Of a stretch of 64,000 nt of DNA, positions 1 to 8,989 are shown in pieces. Position numbers and translations under genes: made by a program. The DNA is from Flavobacteriaceae bacterium (GTDB lineage: Bacteria; Bacteroidota; Bacteroidia; Flavobacteriales; Flavobacteriaceae), in NCBI GenBank assembly GCA_947446865.1, contig CANFHX010000004.1, positions 5,901 through 69,900 on the forward strand, written 5' to 3'. Every line of letters begins with the position of its first letter. Position 1 is the first letter of the stretch. Below the pieces are notes generated by a model. It had not been told where the DNA came from. It did no database searches and saw nothing but the letters and a program-made list of their open reading frames with translations.

Positions 1-463
1 TAAACTTGACAATCTCCTCTTTTACTTTAACAACTCTGGAAGCAAAATCTATCATTATATTTCCAAAATTCAGGATTGATTCATTGGTATTACTAGATTT
101 ACTTCGTAACGCAGTTCTAATTCTTGCTAATAATTCTTGAGTTCTAAAAGGTTTTGTTAGATAATCATTAGCTCCATTATCTAAAGCTTTTACAATTTCT
201 TCTTCGGCACTTTTAACCGTTAAAATAATTATCGGATTGTGGTACCATTCTCGCAATTTAACTAAAACATCTTGCCCATCCTGATCTGGCAAACCTAAAT
301 CTAACAGAATTAAATCGGGTTGGTAACTTGCTGCAGCTGTAATTCCGTCTTTTCCATTAACAGCAAAATGAACTTTATAGTCATTCGCTTCCAAAGAAAT
401 TTCTAATAATTTTCTTATTTGAGCTTCATCATCAATTACCAATATGGAATAACCGTTACTCAT
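1..463 (-). CDS. KdpE-like OmpR-family response regulator, 3' end outside window
   Basis: Not in ORF track. Manual translation MSNGYSILVIDDEAQIRKLL...PDLILLDLGLPDQDG...GANDYLTKPF gives the receiver DD, D and KP motifs. ATG overlaps the kinase stop (ATGAGTAA). Confidence 0.9.
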   Translation of the reverse strand, partial: MSNGYSILVIDDEAQIRKLLEISLEANDYKVHFAVNGKDGITAAASYQPDLILLDLGLPDQDGQDVLVKLREWYHNPIIILTVKSAEEEIVKALDNGANDYLTKPFRTQELLARIRTALRSKSSNTNESILNFGNIMIDFASRVVKVKEEIVKF

Positions 464-1565
464 TTTGCAAGGAATTAATAGGTAAACAATCTACATTAAA
501 TTCTAAGGTAAAAATAGCTCCGCCATCTTCAGCATTTTTTAAAGAAATAGTTCCGTTTTGAGTTTCTACAAAACCTTTTACTATAGATAATCCAAGTCCA
601 GTTCCACCAGTTTTAGAATCTTTAAATCTATGAAATTTATCAAATGCTCTATCAATTTCATCTACCGGAAATCCATAACCATTATCAGAAATAGTGATGA
701 TGCACTTTTTTATCAAATCAATATGCATATCAAAATCAACATCTACGTCATATTTAACATTGATTTCAATCGTTGCTCCTTTGGGAGTATGCTGGGAACA
801 ATTGTAAATTAAATTATAAATAATTTGTTCCATCAAACCATAATCTAATTTAAATAGAGGCAAATTATCATTAATTAAATAAACAATTTTATGGTCTTTA
901 GTTTCTTCCGATAAGCGATTGCAAACATTATAGACAATCTCTTTAACATCACACCAGTCTAATTTTGGATGAATATAACCCGATTCTAAACGAGACATAT
1001 TTAACAAGTTCTCTACTTGATAATTTAATTTCATGGATGCTTTTTCAATCTCATTAAACAAATTTTGTTGTTTTTCGATAGATAAATTTACATTTTTTTG
1101 CTGTAAAGTATCAATAGAACCAACAATTGCTGCTATTGGAGTTCGCAATTCATGTGATAGCGAATCTAATAATGTATTGTATAATCTCATTGTACTTGCT
1201 CTAGTTTCTTTAATGTGAATGGCACGTTGCATTCTTCGAAACTTATTGGTTAACACAGCATTAATTAATGCTATTATGAAAAACATTATTAATAAAAATG
1301 CGTCTTCGGCATTATCAATATGAAGGGTGTAATAGGGTTTTATAAATAAAAAATCCAATGCCAAAGCACTTAATATGGCTGCCAATAAAACCGATTTAAT
1401 TTCTAGAAAAATGGCTAATAAAGAAACCAAAAGCAAAAGGATATATCCTACAATTTTATAATCGATAGAATCTCTAACTATAAGACATAACAAAGATACA
1501 ATCACCACCGAGAGTATACTGATTAAGTAAGGTTTAGAAGGACTCTTGTGAAATAACTTTTCCAT
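456..1565 (-). CDS. KdpD-like sensor histidine kinase (4-TM DUF4118-like + HisKA + HATPase)
   Basis: H-box SLSHELRTP, N-box NLIYNC, G-boxes DNGYG and GTGLGL, four N-terminal TM helices. Start moved to ATG 1565 because the TTG at 1583 lies within a -7 promoter octamer. Confidence 0.88.
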   Translation of the reverse strand: MEKLFHKSPSKPYLISILSVVIVSLLCLIVRDSIDYKIVGYILLLLVSLLAIFLEIKSVLLAAILSALALDFLFIKPYYTLHIDNAEDAFLLIMFFIIALINAVLTNKFRRMQRAIHIKETRASTMRLYNTLLDSLSHELRTPIAAIVGSIDTLQQKNVNLSIEKQQNLFNEIEKASMKLNYQVENLLNMSRLESGYIHPKLDWCDVKEIVYNVCNRLSEETKDHKIVYLINDNLPLFKLDYGLMEQIIYNLIYNCSQHTPKGATIEINVKYDVDVDFDMHIDLIKKCIITISDNGYGFPVDEIDRAFDKFHRFKDSKTGGTGLGLSIVKGFVETQNGTISLKNAEDGGAIFTLEFNVDCLPINSLQNE

Positions 1566-1580
1566 TGTTATTATTTTTGA

Positions 1581-1588
1581 CAAAGTTA
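1581..1588 (-). promoter_or_regulatory. Bacteroidota -7 promoter element TAACTTTG for the kinase/regulator operon
   Basis: Exact TAnnTTTG 15 nt upstream of ATG 1565. Confidence 0.6.
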
Positions 1589-1749
1589 CGGTGGAACTTG
1601 TTAGTTAAAAATAATAATAGATATAGAAAGTATAAAGATTTTATAAAGATTTTTTTTTCTACTATTAACACAACTAAACAAATAGGTTTTACTACTTTTA
1701 CATCCTAAATTTAATATCAGAAATTTAATATCTAATATTCCATTATTCC

Positions 1750-2568
1750 ATGTCAGTAGCAAAAAAAGATTACAAAAGAATTACTACCAAGTCCTTAATT
1801 GAAATGAAAGCCAACGGAGAAAAAATCTCTATGTTAACGGCTTACGATTATACTATGGCTAAAATTGTTGACACCGCAGGGGTTGATGTTATTTTGGTAG
1901 GAGATTCTGCCAGTAATGTTATGGCTGGTTATGAAACTACTTTGCCTATTACTTTAGATCACATGATTTATCACGCATCTTCAGTAGTTAGAGCAGTGCA
2001 TAGAGCCTTAGTAGTAGTGGATTTACCTTTTGGAAGCTACCAATCGGACCCCAAAGAAGCGCTACGTTCTTCTATTCGAATTATGAAAGAAAGTGGAGGT
2101 CACGCAGTAAAACTAGAAGGTGGAAGCGAAATTAAAGATTCTATCAAGAAAATATTAAATGCTGGAATTCCTGTAATGGGACATTTAGGGTTAACGCCAC
2201 AATCTATTTATAAATTTGGAAGTTATACCGTTCGTGCTAAAGAAGATGCCGAAGCAGAAAAACTTATAGAAGATGCTAAATTATTAGAAAAACTAGGTTG
2301 TTTTTCTTTGGTTTTAGAAAAAATCCCTGCTCATTTAGCCGAAAAAGTAGCCAAAAGTATCTCTATTCCCGTAATCGGAATTGGTGCTGGTGGTGGTGTT
2401 GACGGTCAAGTTTTAGTGATTCACGATATGTTAGGGATGAACAACGAATTTAGTCCACGTTTTTTAAGAAGATATTTAAATCTTTACGAACAAATGACTG
2501 CTGCCATTGGTAATTATGTTGCTGATGTGAAAAGCAAAGATTTCCCGAATGCTAATGAGCAGTATTAA
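1750..2568 (+). CDS. panB: 3-methyl-2-oxobutanoate hydroxymethyltransferase
   Basis: MLTAYD, ILVGDS, VKLEGG and GHLGLTPQ motifs. Confidence 0.97.
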   Translation: MSVAKKDYKRITTKSLIEMKANGEKISMLTAYDYTMAKIVDTAGVDVILVGDSASNVMAGYETTLPITLDHMIYHASSVVRAVHRALVVVDLPFGSYQSDPKEALRSSIRIMKESGGHAVKLEGGSEIKDSIKKILNAGIPVMGHLGLTPQSIYKFGSYTVRAKEDAEAEKLIEDAKLLEKLGCFSLVLEKIPAHLAEKVAKSISIPVIGIGAGGGVDGQVLVIHDMLGMNNEFSPRFLRRYLNLYEQMTAAIGNYVADVKSKDFPNANEQY

Positions 2569-2570
2569 TT

Positions 2571-2605
2571 AGTATTCAGTGATCAGTGGTCGGTGGTCAG
2601 TAATC
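2571..2605 (+). repeat. Five degenerate heptamers (AGTRRTC) right after the panB stop
   Basis: agtattc agtgatc agtggtc ggtggtc agtaatc. Confidence 0.85.
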
Positions 2606-2669
2606 AGAAGAGCAAGTAAATACTTCAGTAGAGCAAAGCAAAAGTTCAATAGAGCATAAATAGTTTATT

Positions 2670-3365
2670 TTGGCAGAAAAAATAATATCTACAAAATCCA
2701 ACCTTCAAGTACTTCACGAAGACAATCATATTATTGTGATTAATAAGCGTGTAGGCGATATTGTGCAAGGGGATAAAACTGGTGACAAGCCTCTTTCGGA
2801 AGTTGTAAAAGAGTTTATTAAAGAAAAATACAATAAGCCAGGGGAAGTATTCTTAGGTGTAGTACATAGATTGGATCGACCTACAACCGGAATAGTAGTT
2901 TTTGCTAAAACAAGTAAAGCATTAACTAGGTTGAACGAACTTTTCAGCAATCGCGAAACCCATAAAACCTATTGGGCTGTGGTGAAAAATAAACCACCTA
3001 AAAACGAAGATAATTTGGTTCATTTTATCAAAAGAAATGAAAAAAACAACACTTCCAAAGCACATCTTAAAGAAGTTCCCGATAGTAAAAAAGCCTCTTT
3101 AGATTATAAGATCATAAAAGAATTAAACAACTACTTTACTTTAGAAATAAATCTTCACACCGGAAGGCACCATCAAATTAGAGCACAATTATCCATTATA
3201 GGTTGCCCAATAAAAGGCGATTTGAAATATGGTTTTGATAGAAGTAATCCCGATGGAGGTATTCATTTACATGCTCGAAAATTAGTTTTTATTCATCCCG
3301 TTTCTAAGGAAGAACTAACCATCCTCGCTCCTACTCCAGAGGATGTAATTTGGAATGCCGTATAA
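2670..3365 (+). CDS. RluA-family pseudouridine synthase
   Basis: HRLDRPTTG catalytic motif, TGRHHQIR, GDLKYG. TTG start. Confidence 0.93.
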   Translation: MAEKIISTKSNLQVLHEDNHIIVINKRVGDIVQGDKTGDKPLSEVVKEFIKEKYNKPGEVFLGVVHRLDRPTTGIVVFAKTSKALTRLNELFSNRETHKTYWAVVKNKPPKNEDNLVHFIKRNEKNNTSKAHLKEVPDSKKASLDYKIIKELNNYFTLEINLHTGRHHQIRAQLSIIGCPIKGDLKYGFDRSNPDGGIHLHARKLVFIHPVSKEELTILAPTPEDVIWNAV

Positions 3366-3563
3366 AATAATATTCTCCGGTTTAAAATAAATTTAACACT
3401 ATAAAAAATACAAATAACACGTTTGAGTTTATTTACAAATAAAAAAGTTTGCTGTTAATAATAGTAAAAGCGAGTAGTTTTTTTTAAAAAAACAATAATT
3501 TATACTTTTAGACTATTCATTAACAATAAAAATTGTATTATTGTAGTATTAATAAATCGAAAA

Positions 3564-3959
3564 ATGAAACTATTAAAATCTCTATTCGCTATTGCATTAT
3601 TTATGGCAATCAATACTATTTCTGCTCAATCTGTTACCGATAAATGGAAACAATTAGGGAATTTTCACGAATTGATGTCTAATTCTTTTAAACCTTCAGA
3701 GGAAGGAGATTTCAAACCAATAAAACTCAATTCTCAGGAATTAGTTACCAAAGTAGACGCTTTAGACATTACTACAATACCACAAGAATTAAGATCTCCA
3801 AGATTAGAATCTGTTCTTACAGTATTGAAAAGCCATACTAAATCACTTAACGAATTAGTAAAATCCAAAGCCCCTGATGCAGAAATAATGAGGGAATTTG
3901 AAAATGTTCACGACATCTACAACAGGGTTGTTTATGTATGTGAGCAACCAAAAAAATAA
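3564..3959 (+). CDS. Secreted helical hypothetical protein, 131 aa
   Basis: Signal peptide MKLLKSLFAIALFMAINTISAQ, amphipathic helices, own terminator. Confidence 0.8.
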   Translation: MKLLKSLFAIALFMAINTISAQSVTDKWKQLGNFHELMSNSFKPSEEGDFKPIKLNSQELVTKVDALDITTIPQELRSPRLESVLTVLKSHTKSLNELVKSKAPDAEIMREFENVHDIYNRVVYVCEQPKK

Positions 3960-3965
3960 GTATCC

Positions 3966-3992
3966 AACCTAGCCGAAAGCTAGGTTTTTTTT
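3966..3992 (+). terminator. Rho-independent terminator
   Basis: aacctagc-cgaaa-gctaggtt followed by a T run. Confidence 0.85.
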
Positions 3993-4022
3993 ATTCTACT
4001 CTTTGATTTGATTTTGTATTCT

Positions 4023-4030
4023 TACCTTTG
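4023..4030 (+). promoter_or_regulatory. -7 promoter element TACCTTTG for prmA
   Basis: Exact TAnnTTTG 13 nt before ATG 4044. Confidence 0.65.
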
Positions 4031-4043
4031 CAAAAAATACTAC

Positions 4044-4877
4044 ATGTCAAATATATATTTAGGCTATCATTTTACCATTTTACCCAAAGAATCGGGATCG
4101 GAAATTCTAATTGCTGAATTGGGTGAAAAAGCCTTTGAAAGCTTTATTGAAACCGATTTAGGAATTGTGGCTTACATCCAAAAAGACCTTTGTACTGATG
4201 ATGTATTAGATGATATCCATATATTATCTTCTCTAGAATTTACTATTACCCATACCATAGAAGAAATAGCACCCGTGAACTGGAATGAAGAATGGGAAAA
4301 GAATTTTGAGCCTATTGATGTAGATGGAAAATGCCATGTTCGCGCTCCGTTCCATCCAAAAACAGAAGCCGAATTTGATATTGTTATTGAACCTAAAATG
4401 AGTTTCGGAACGGGACACCACGAAACAACTCACATGATGATTCAACATTTATTAGAAACAGATGTAACCAGATTGAAAACTCTTGATATGGGCTGCGGAA
4501 CTGCAATTCTTGCAATTCTTGCCGAAATGAAAGGTGCCAAACCTATAGACGCTATTGACATTGACAACTGGTGTTATTTGAATTCGATTGAAAATGCCGA
4601 ACGCAATTACTGCAATGAAATTACCGTTTATGAAGGGGAAGCCGCAATGCTAAAAGGGAAAAGTTACGATTTAATCATTGCCAACATCAACCGAAATATT
4701 TTATTAAACGATATGCAAGCCTATGTAGATTGTTTAAACAAAGGCGGAATCCTTTTATTGAGTGGATTTTACAACCAGGACATCCCAGTTATTGACGCTT
4801 CTTGCACCGAAAAAGGATTGACTTATGTTAAAAAATTCGAACGAAACAATTGGGTTTCTTTGAAATATTTAAATTAG
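4044..4877 (+). CDS. prmA: Ribosomal protein L11 methyltransferase
   Basis: PKMSFGTGHHETT, LDMGCGTAIL, IIANINRN. Start moved from 4008 to ATG 4044. Confidence 0.95.
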   Translation: MSNIYLGYHFTILPKESGSEILIAELGEKAFESFIETDLGIVAYIQKDLCTDDVLDDIHILSSLEFTITHTIEEIAPVNWNEEWEKNFEPIDVDGKCHVRAPFHPKTEAEFDIVIEPKMSFGTGHHETTHMMIQHLLETDVTRLKTLDMGCGTAILAILAEMKGAKPIDAIDIDNWCYLNSIENAERNYCNEITVYEGEAAMLKGKSYDLIIANINRNILLNDMQAYVDCLNKGGILLLSGFYNQDIPVIDASCTEKGLTYVKKFERNNWVSLKYLN

Positions 4878-4903
4878 TAGTTATTCTCTATATTTGAAAA
4901 ATT

Positions 4904-5179
4904 ATGAGTACCATTGAAAAAGTTCAAGAAGAGGTTTTAGTAAAAGATCGATTAGGCATCAACCATGAAATTGTGCTTTATAATGACGATGTCAATACGT
5001 TTGATCATGTTATTGATACTTTGATTAAAGTTTGTAAACACACTTCCGAACAAGCCGAACAATGTGCCATTTTAGTGCATTACAAAGGAAGATGCACGGT
5101 AAAAACAGGTTCGTTTGACGAACTAAAACCACTCTGCACCCAATTACTAGAAGCAGGATTAAGTGCTGAGATAGAATAA
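4904..5179 (+). CDS. clpS: ATP-dependent Clp protease adaptor ClpS
   Basis: LYNDDVNTFDHV and VHYKG motifs. Own -7 element TATATTTG at 4889-4896. Confidence 0.92.
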   Translation: MSTIEKVQEEVLVKDRLGINHEIVLYNDDVNTFDHVIDTLIKVCKHTSEQAEQCAILVHYKGRCTVKTGSFDELKPLCTQLLEAGLSAEIE

Positions 5180-5180
5180 A

Positions 5181-5217
5181 AAATACCCCAAATACTAATT
5201 TAGTTTTTGGGGTATTT
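5181..5217. terminator. Bidirectional terminator between convergent clpS and the HMA gene
   Basis: aaataccccaaa ... tttggggtattt inverted repeat. Confidence 0.8.
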
Positions 5218-5227
5218 CATTTAATTA

Positions 5228-5494
5228 TTAATTCATTCTTCCGATAGCGCAACTTACAAACGATTTTGCTTTAGTGCCAAAAGGATTTTTTTCTCCTACT
5301 TCGGGGTATCCATTGGCTTTCAAGGTTTCTTTCACTTCATGTAGAGCCAAATCGTCTTGATAATCAAAGGTAACCGAATCGTTTTCTACATCCACCATTA
5401 CTCCAGAAACGTTAGCCAAATCACTCACCTTCGTAGTAATCGTATTAGCACAACCATTACATTTCAAATTTTGTATATACAGAGTTGTTGTCAT
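5228..5494 (-). CDS. Heavy-metal-associated (HMA/CopZ-like) domain protein
   Basis: QNLKCNGC CxxC motif in an HMA pattern. C-terminal extension ends SFVSCAIGRMN. Confidence 0.88.
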   Translation of the reverse strand: MTTTLYIQNLKCNGCANTITTKVSDLANVSGVMVDVENDSVTFDYQDDLALHEVKETLKANGYPEVGEKNPFGTKAKSFVSCAIGRMN

Positions 5495-5543
5495 AATTAT
5501 TTATTTTAGATAAACAAAATTAAACAAATAACATCTTATTTTG

Positions 5544-5559
5544 TGTAACATAAGTCACA
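5544..5559 (-). promoter_or_regulatory. Candidate Crp/Fnr-family binding site upstream of the HMA gene
   Basis: Minus strand TGTGAC-TTAT-GTTACA, 21 nt upstream of -7 octamer TAATTTTG (5522-5515). Same motif and spacing at 36943 and 37888. Confidence 0.65.
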
Positions 5560-5569
5560 TAAAGCCAAA

Positions 5570-5983
5570 TTAGTGTGGTAATTTATCTTTAAAATAACCA
5601 TAGATAAAAGTTCCGAATAAGGCTCCAAATAATACAAAACCTATAGTCATAAATCCGGCGCCAATTAAAATAAAAATTGGTCCCGGACATGACCCAACCA
5701 ATGCCCAACCTAGTCCGAAAATTAAACCACCTATCCAATATCGGAATGTACCCCTTTCTTTACCCAAAATTTCAATAGGCAATCCTTTAATATCTTTAAC
5801 TTTTAAACGTTTAATTATTTGAATTCCAACAACTCCCGTAGCAATTGCTGTCATGATTATTCCGTACATGTGGAACGAATCAAACTGAAACATTTCATAA
5901 ATTCGATACCAAGAAACGGCTTCTGTTTTGGTTAAAACTACTCCAAATACAAATCCTACCAATAAATATTTTATTAAATTCAT
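5570..5983 (-). CDS. YeeE/YedE-family sulfur-compound transporter half (DUF6691-like)
   Basis: 4 TM helices, GWALVGSCPGP motif. Confidence 0.85.
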   Translation of the reverse strand: MNLIKYLLVGFVFGVVLTKTEAVSWYRIYEMFQFDSFHMYGIIMTAIATGVVGIQIIKRLKVKDIKGLPIEILGKERGTFRYWIGGLIFGLGWALVGSCPGPIFILIGAGFMTIGFVLFGALFGTFIYGYFKDKLPH

Positions 5984-5993
5984 TTTGTCTTTT

Positions 5994-6551
5994 TTAAAAA
6001 ATTAATGGGAAAATAAAGTTTACCATAATCAAACCTCCAATAAAAAATCCTACCACTGCTTTTAAAGAAGGTAATTGAAAATTACTCAAACCCGATATGG
6101 CATGACCTGAGGTGCATCCCCCAGCATATCGCGAGCCAAATCCAATAAGAAATCCTCCGAAAACCAATAGAAAAATCTTTTTTGGAGAATGAAAAACATC
6201 CGATCCAAAAATAGCATCCGGAATTAATTTACCATTTGGTGCGTCAATTCCTAATTTTTGTAATTTCAAAATAGTGTCTGGATTTATAGAAACATTTGTA
6301 GCATTGGATAAAAAATGGGTTGCAAAATAGCCGCCCATCATCGCGCCAGTAACCACAACTAAATTCCATCGTTGCGATTTCCAGTCCCAATTAAAAAAAG
6401 AAACTCGTTTGCCAATTCCGGTTAACGAACACAAACTTCGGAGATTGGTTGACATTCCAAAAGTTTTTCCAAAATATATTAAGCACAACATTACCATTCC
6501 GATTAGGAAACCAGAAATAGACCAATGCCAGGTTTGCGATAAGAAATTCAT
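5994..6551 (-). CDS. YeeE/YedE-family sulfur-compound transporter half
   Basis: GFGSRYAGGCTSGHAISG signature. Confidence 0.9.
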   Translation of the reverse strand: MNFLSQTWHWSISGFLIGMVMLCLIYFGKTFGMSTNLRSLCSLTGIGKRVSFFNWDWKSQRWNLVVVTGAMMGGYFATHFLSNATNVSINPDTILKLQKLGIDAPNGKLIPDAIFGSDVFHSPKKIFLLVFGGFLIGFGSRYAGGCTSGHAISGLSNFQLPSLKAVVGFFIGGLIMVNFIFPLIF

Positions 6552-6642
6552 TTCGTATTATTTTTTTACAAAAATAGAGAGAGTGGTTTGATTTTTGATA
6601 ATTAATTAACATATTTGAATAAAAATAATTTAGTTTATTAAT

Positions 6643-7107
6643 ATGAAAACCTTTCAACTACTACTTTTAGTACTATTCACAGCTTTTTTTACCTCTTGCG
6701 GAAGCGTAAAATCGACCCTTCAAAATGTAGATAATAACGCCATAAAACCTCCTGTGAGAAGTAATCAATTTATGATTGCCGAATATGCATCAGATGGAAA
6801 ATATGGTTATGATAAAGACTATCCCATCAATCTAGGATTTGAAAATGAGAAATATTCCCCTAAGAATATTGTTTATTTTTTCAATGCTTTGGAAGGTCCT
6901 AAAGGCGAGAAAATTACTTACACTAAAATAGATAACTGTTGTCCATTCCCTTCCAAAAGAAGCGTAATGGGGGCTGGAACCTTGGAAGTTTATATAATTA
7001 CTATGGAAGGAAACGATACAAAATTCAATTTGTATTTAAATATTTATGAAAAAGGGAAAGTACTTTGCCCAAAAGGTTTAAAAATAAAAAAATACATTCA
7101 AGAATAA
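6643..7107 (+). CDS. Conserved hypothetical lipoprotein
   Basis: Lipobox FFTSC, internal NCCPF motif. No KdsA similarity despite adjacency. Confidence 0.8.
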   Translation: MKTFQLLLLVLFTAFFTSCGSVKSTLQNVDNNAIKPPVRSNQFMIAEYASDGKYGYDKDYPINLGFENEKYSPKNIVYFFNALEGPKGEKITYTKIDNCCPFPSKRSVMGAGTLEVYIITMEGNDTKFNLYLNIYEKGKVLCPKGLKIKKYIQE

Positions 7108-7124
7108 CTTTTAATTAACACAGA

Positions 7125-7162
7125 GAAACCTTCTAAATAGAACTTTTAGAAGGTTTTTTCTT
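7125..7162 (+). terminator. Rho-independent terminator
   Basis: gaaaccttctaaa ... tttagaaggtttt plus T run. Confidence 0.75.
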
Positions 7163-7188
7163 ATTATCTTTGCAAAAATTTTCAACAC

Positions 7189-8007
7189 ATGAATTTAACA
7201 CATATTCCTCAAATAAAGCATACCGAAAGTGGTAACTTCTTCCTTCTGGCAGGACCTTGCGCCATTGAAGGTGAAGAAATGGCTTTTCGTATAGCGGAAA
7301 AATTAATGACTATTACCGACAAATTGGAAATTCCATTTGTTTTTAAAGGTTCTTTCAAAAAAGCGAATCGTTCTAGAATTGATAGTTTTTCTGGAATTGG
7401 AGATGAAAAAGCATTGAAAATTTTGAGAAAAATTTCCGAAACTTTTCATGTCCCAACTGTTACCGATATTCATACTAATGAAGATGCTGTTATGGCTGCC
7501 GAATATGTAGACGTTCTTCAAATTCCTGCTTTTTTAGTGCGCCAAACGGATTTAGTGGTTGCTGCTGCAAATACTGGAAAAACGGTGAATCTGAAAAAAG
7601 GACAATTTATGAGTCCGGAAAGTATGAAACATGCCGTTCAAAAAGTGTTGGACTGCCATAATGAAAACGTGATGGTAACCGACAGAGGTACCATGTTTGG
7701 ATACCAAGATATGATTGTGGATTATAGAGGAATTCCAACCATGCAACAATATGCCACCACGGTTCTAGATGTTACCCATTCGTTACAACAACCCAACCAA
7801 ACTATTGGTGTTACCGGTGGAAGACCCGATATGATTGAAACCGTTGCCAAAGCCGGAATTGCTGTTGGTGTAGATGGAATCTTTATTGAAACCCATTTTG
7901 ATCCTGCAAATGCAAAAAGCGATGGTGCAAATATGTTACACCTGGACTATTTTGAAGATTTAATGACCAAATTGGTGGCCATCAGAAAAACTATAAATCA
8001 ATTTTAA
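7189..8007 (+). CDS. kdsA: 3-deoxy-8-phosphooctulonate (KDO8P) synthase
   Basis: AGPCAIE, KGSFKKANRS, LQIPAFL, NLKKGQF, DVTHSLQQP. -7 element TATCTTTG at 7165-7172. Confidence 0.96.
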   Translation: MNLTHIPQIKHTESGNFFLLAGPCAIEGEEMAFRIAEKLMTITDKLEIPFVFKGSFKKANRSRIDSFSGIGDEKALKILRKISETFHVPTVTDIHTNEDAVMAAEYVDVLQIPAFLVRQTDLVVAAANTGKTVNLKKGQFMSPESMKHAVQKVLDCHNENVMVTDRGTMFGYQDMIVDYRGIPTMQQYATTVLDVTHSLQQPNQTIGVTGGRPDMIETVAKAGIAVGVDGIFIETHFDPANAKSDGANMLHLDYFEDLMTKLVAIRKTINQF

Positions 8008-8017
8008 TTTTATTACC

Positions 8018-8911
8018 ATGTTTCCAAAATTAAGAATTCTTTCCGTACTATTTTTAGGAGTTTTAGTTTCAAATGTATCTGCACAAGAAACTCCAAATCC
8101 TGTTAAATACACTGCACATAATAAAGGAAAATTTTACTTTTTTTGGGGAGGCAATAGAGATAGTTATACCAAATCGGACATTCATTTTAAAGGAGATAAT
8201 TATGATTTTACAGTTGCCAATGCTATTGCAGACGACAAACCAAAAGGTTGGCATGTAGATTATGTTAACCCAAGTAGAATGACTATCCCGCAAACGAACT
8301 TCCGTATGGGGTATTTTATCAACGACCATTATAATATTTCTCTTGGTTTAGACCACATGAAATATGTTATGCGACAAGATCAAATAGCAAATGTAACTGG
8401 AAATATAAATCTTCCATCAAGTGATGCAGGATCTATGTACAATGGGGTTTATAATAACACTCCCGTGAATTTTTTAACTAATTACATTGATTATGACCAC
8501 GGAACACCTTTCCCATTTTTAACATTTGAGCACACTGATGGTTTAAATTATATTAATACTGAAATTTCTAGAGTAGATGATTTTTCTAAAATTTTTGGAA
8601 TTACAAATACGGACGTTTTTCAAGTGAATTTAACAGAAGGAGTTGGTGGAGGTTTTTTATTTCCTAAAACAAATGCTCAAATATTAGGATACAAAAGACA
8701 CGATGATTTTCATGTTTCTGGTTATGGTGTTTCAGCAAAAGTGGGATTAAACCTAACTTTTTTCAAACATTATTTTATTCAAGGAGAATTAAAAGGTGGG
8801 TATATAAATATGCCAGATATTAGAACAACTGCTGTCACAAATGATACGGCTAGTCAACATTTCATGTTCTTAGAAAGAGTCATTTCTTTTGGTGGAATTT
8901 TCATCATTTAG
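8018..8911 (+). CDS. Putative outer-membrane beta-barrel protein
   Basis: Signal peptide, then alternating aromatic/glycine beta-strand pattern (FYFFWGGN, YNISLGLDH, YFIQGELKGG). Confidence 0.7.
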   Translation: MFPKLRILSVLFLGVLVSNVSAQETPNPVKYTAHNKGKFYFFWGGNRDSYTKSDIHFKGDNYDFTVANAIADDKPKGWHVDYVNPSRMTIPQTNFRMGYFINDHYNISLGLDHMKYVMRQDQIANVTGNINLPSSDAGSMYNGVYNNTPVNFLTNYIDYDHGTPFPFLTFEHTDGLNYINTEISRVDDFSKIFGITNTDVFQVNLTEGVGGGFLFPKTNAQILGYKRHDDFHVSGYGVSAKVGLNLTFFKHYFIQGELKGGYINMPDIRTTAVTNDTASQHFMFLERVISFGGIFII

Positions 8912-8930
8912 ATTTATAATAGTTAAACAT

Positions 8931-8957
8931 AAATAGAGACTTTACGGTCTCTTTTTA
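8931..8957. terminator. Bidirectional terminator
   Basis: agagac-tttacg-gtctct flanked by A and T runs between convergent genes. Confidence 0.7.
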
Positions 8958-8989
8958 TGTTTAATACTTTATTCTTAATTTTAATTTTC

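Noticed and set aside
4008-4043. Upstream start extensions in the ORF track (prmA, kinase, M28 peptidase, GH97, AlaDH-like, acr3, blaI, ppk1, kdsC, ubiA)
   Set aside because: The extensions run through promoter octamers, repeats or the neighbouring gene. Downstream ATGs give normal N-termini or signal peptides.
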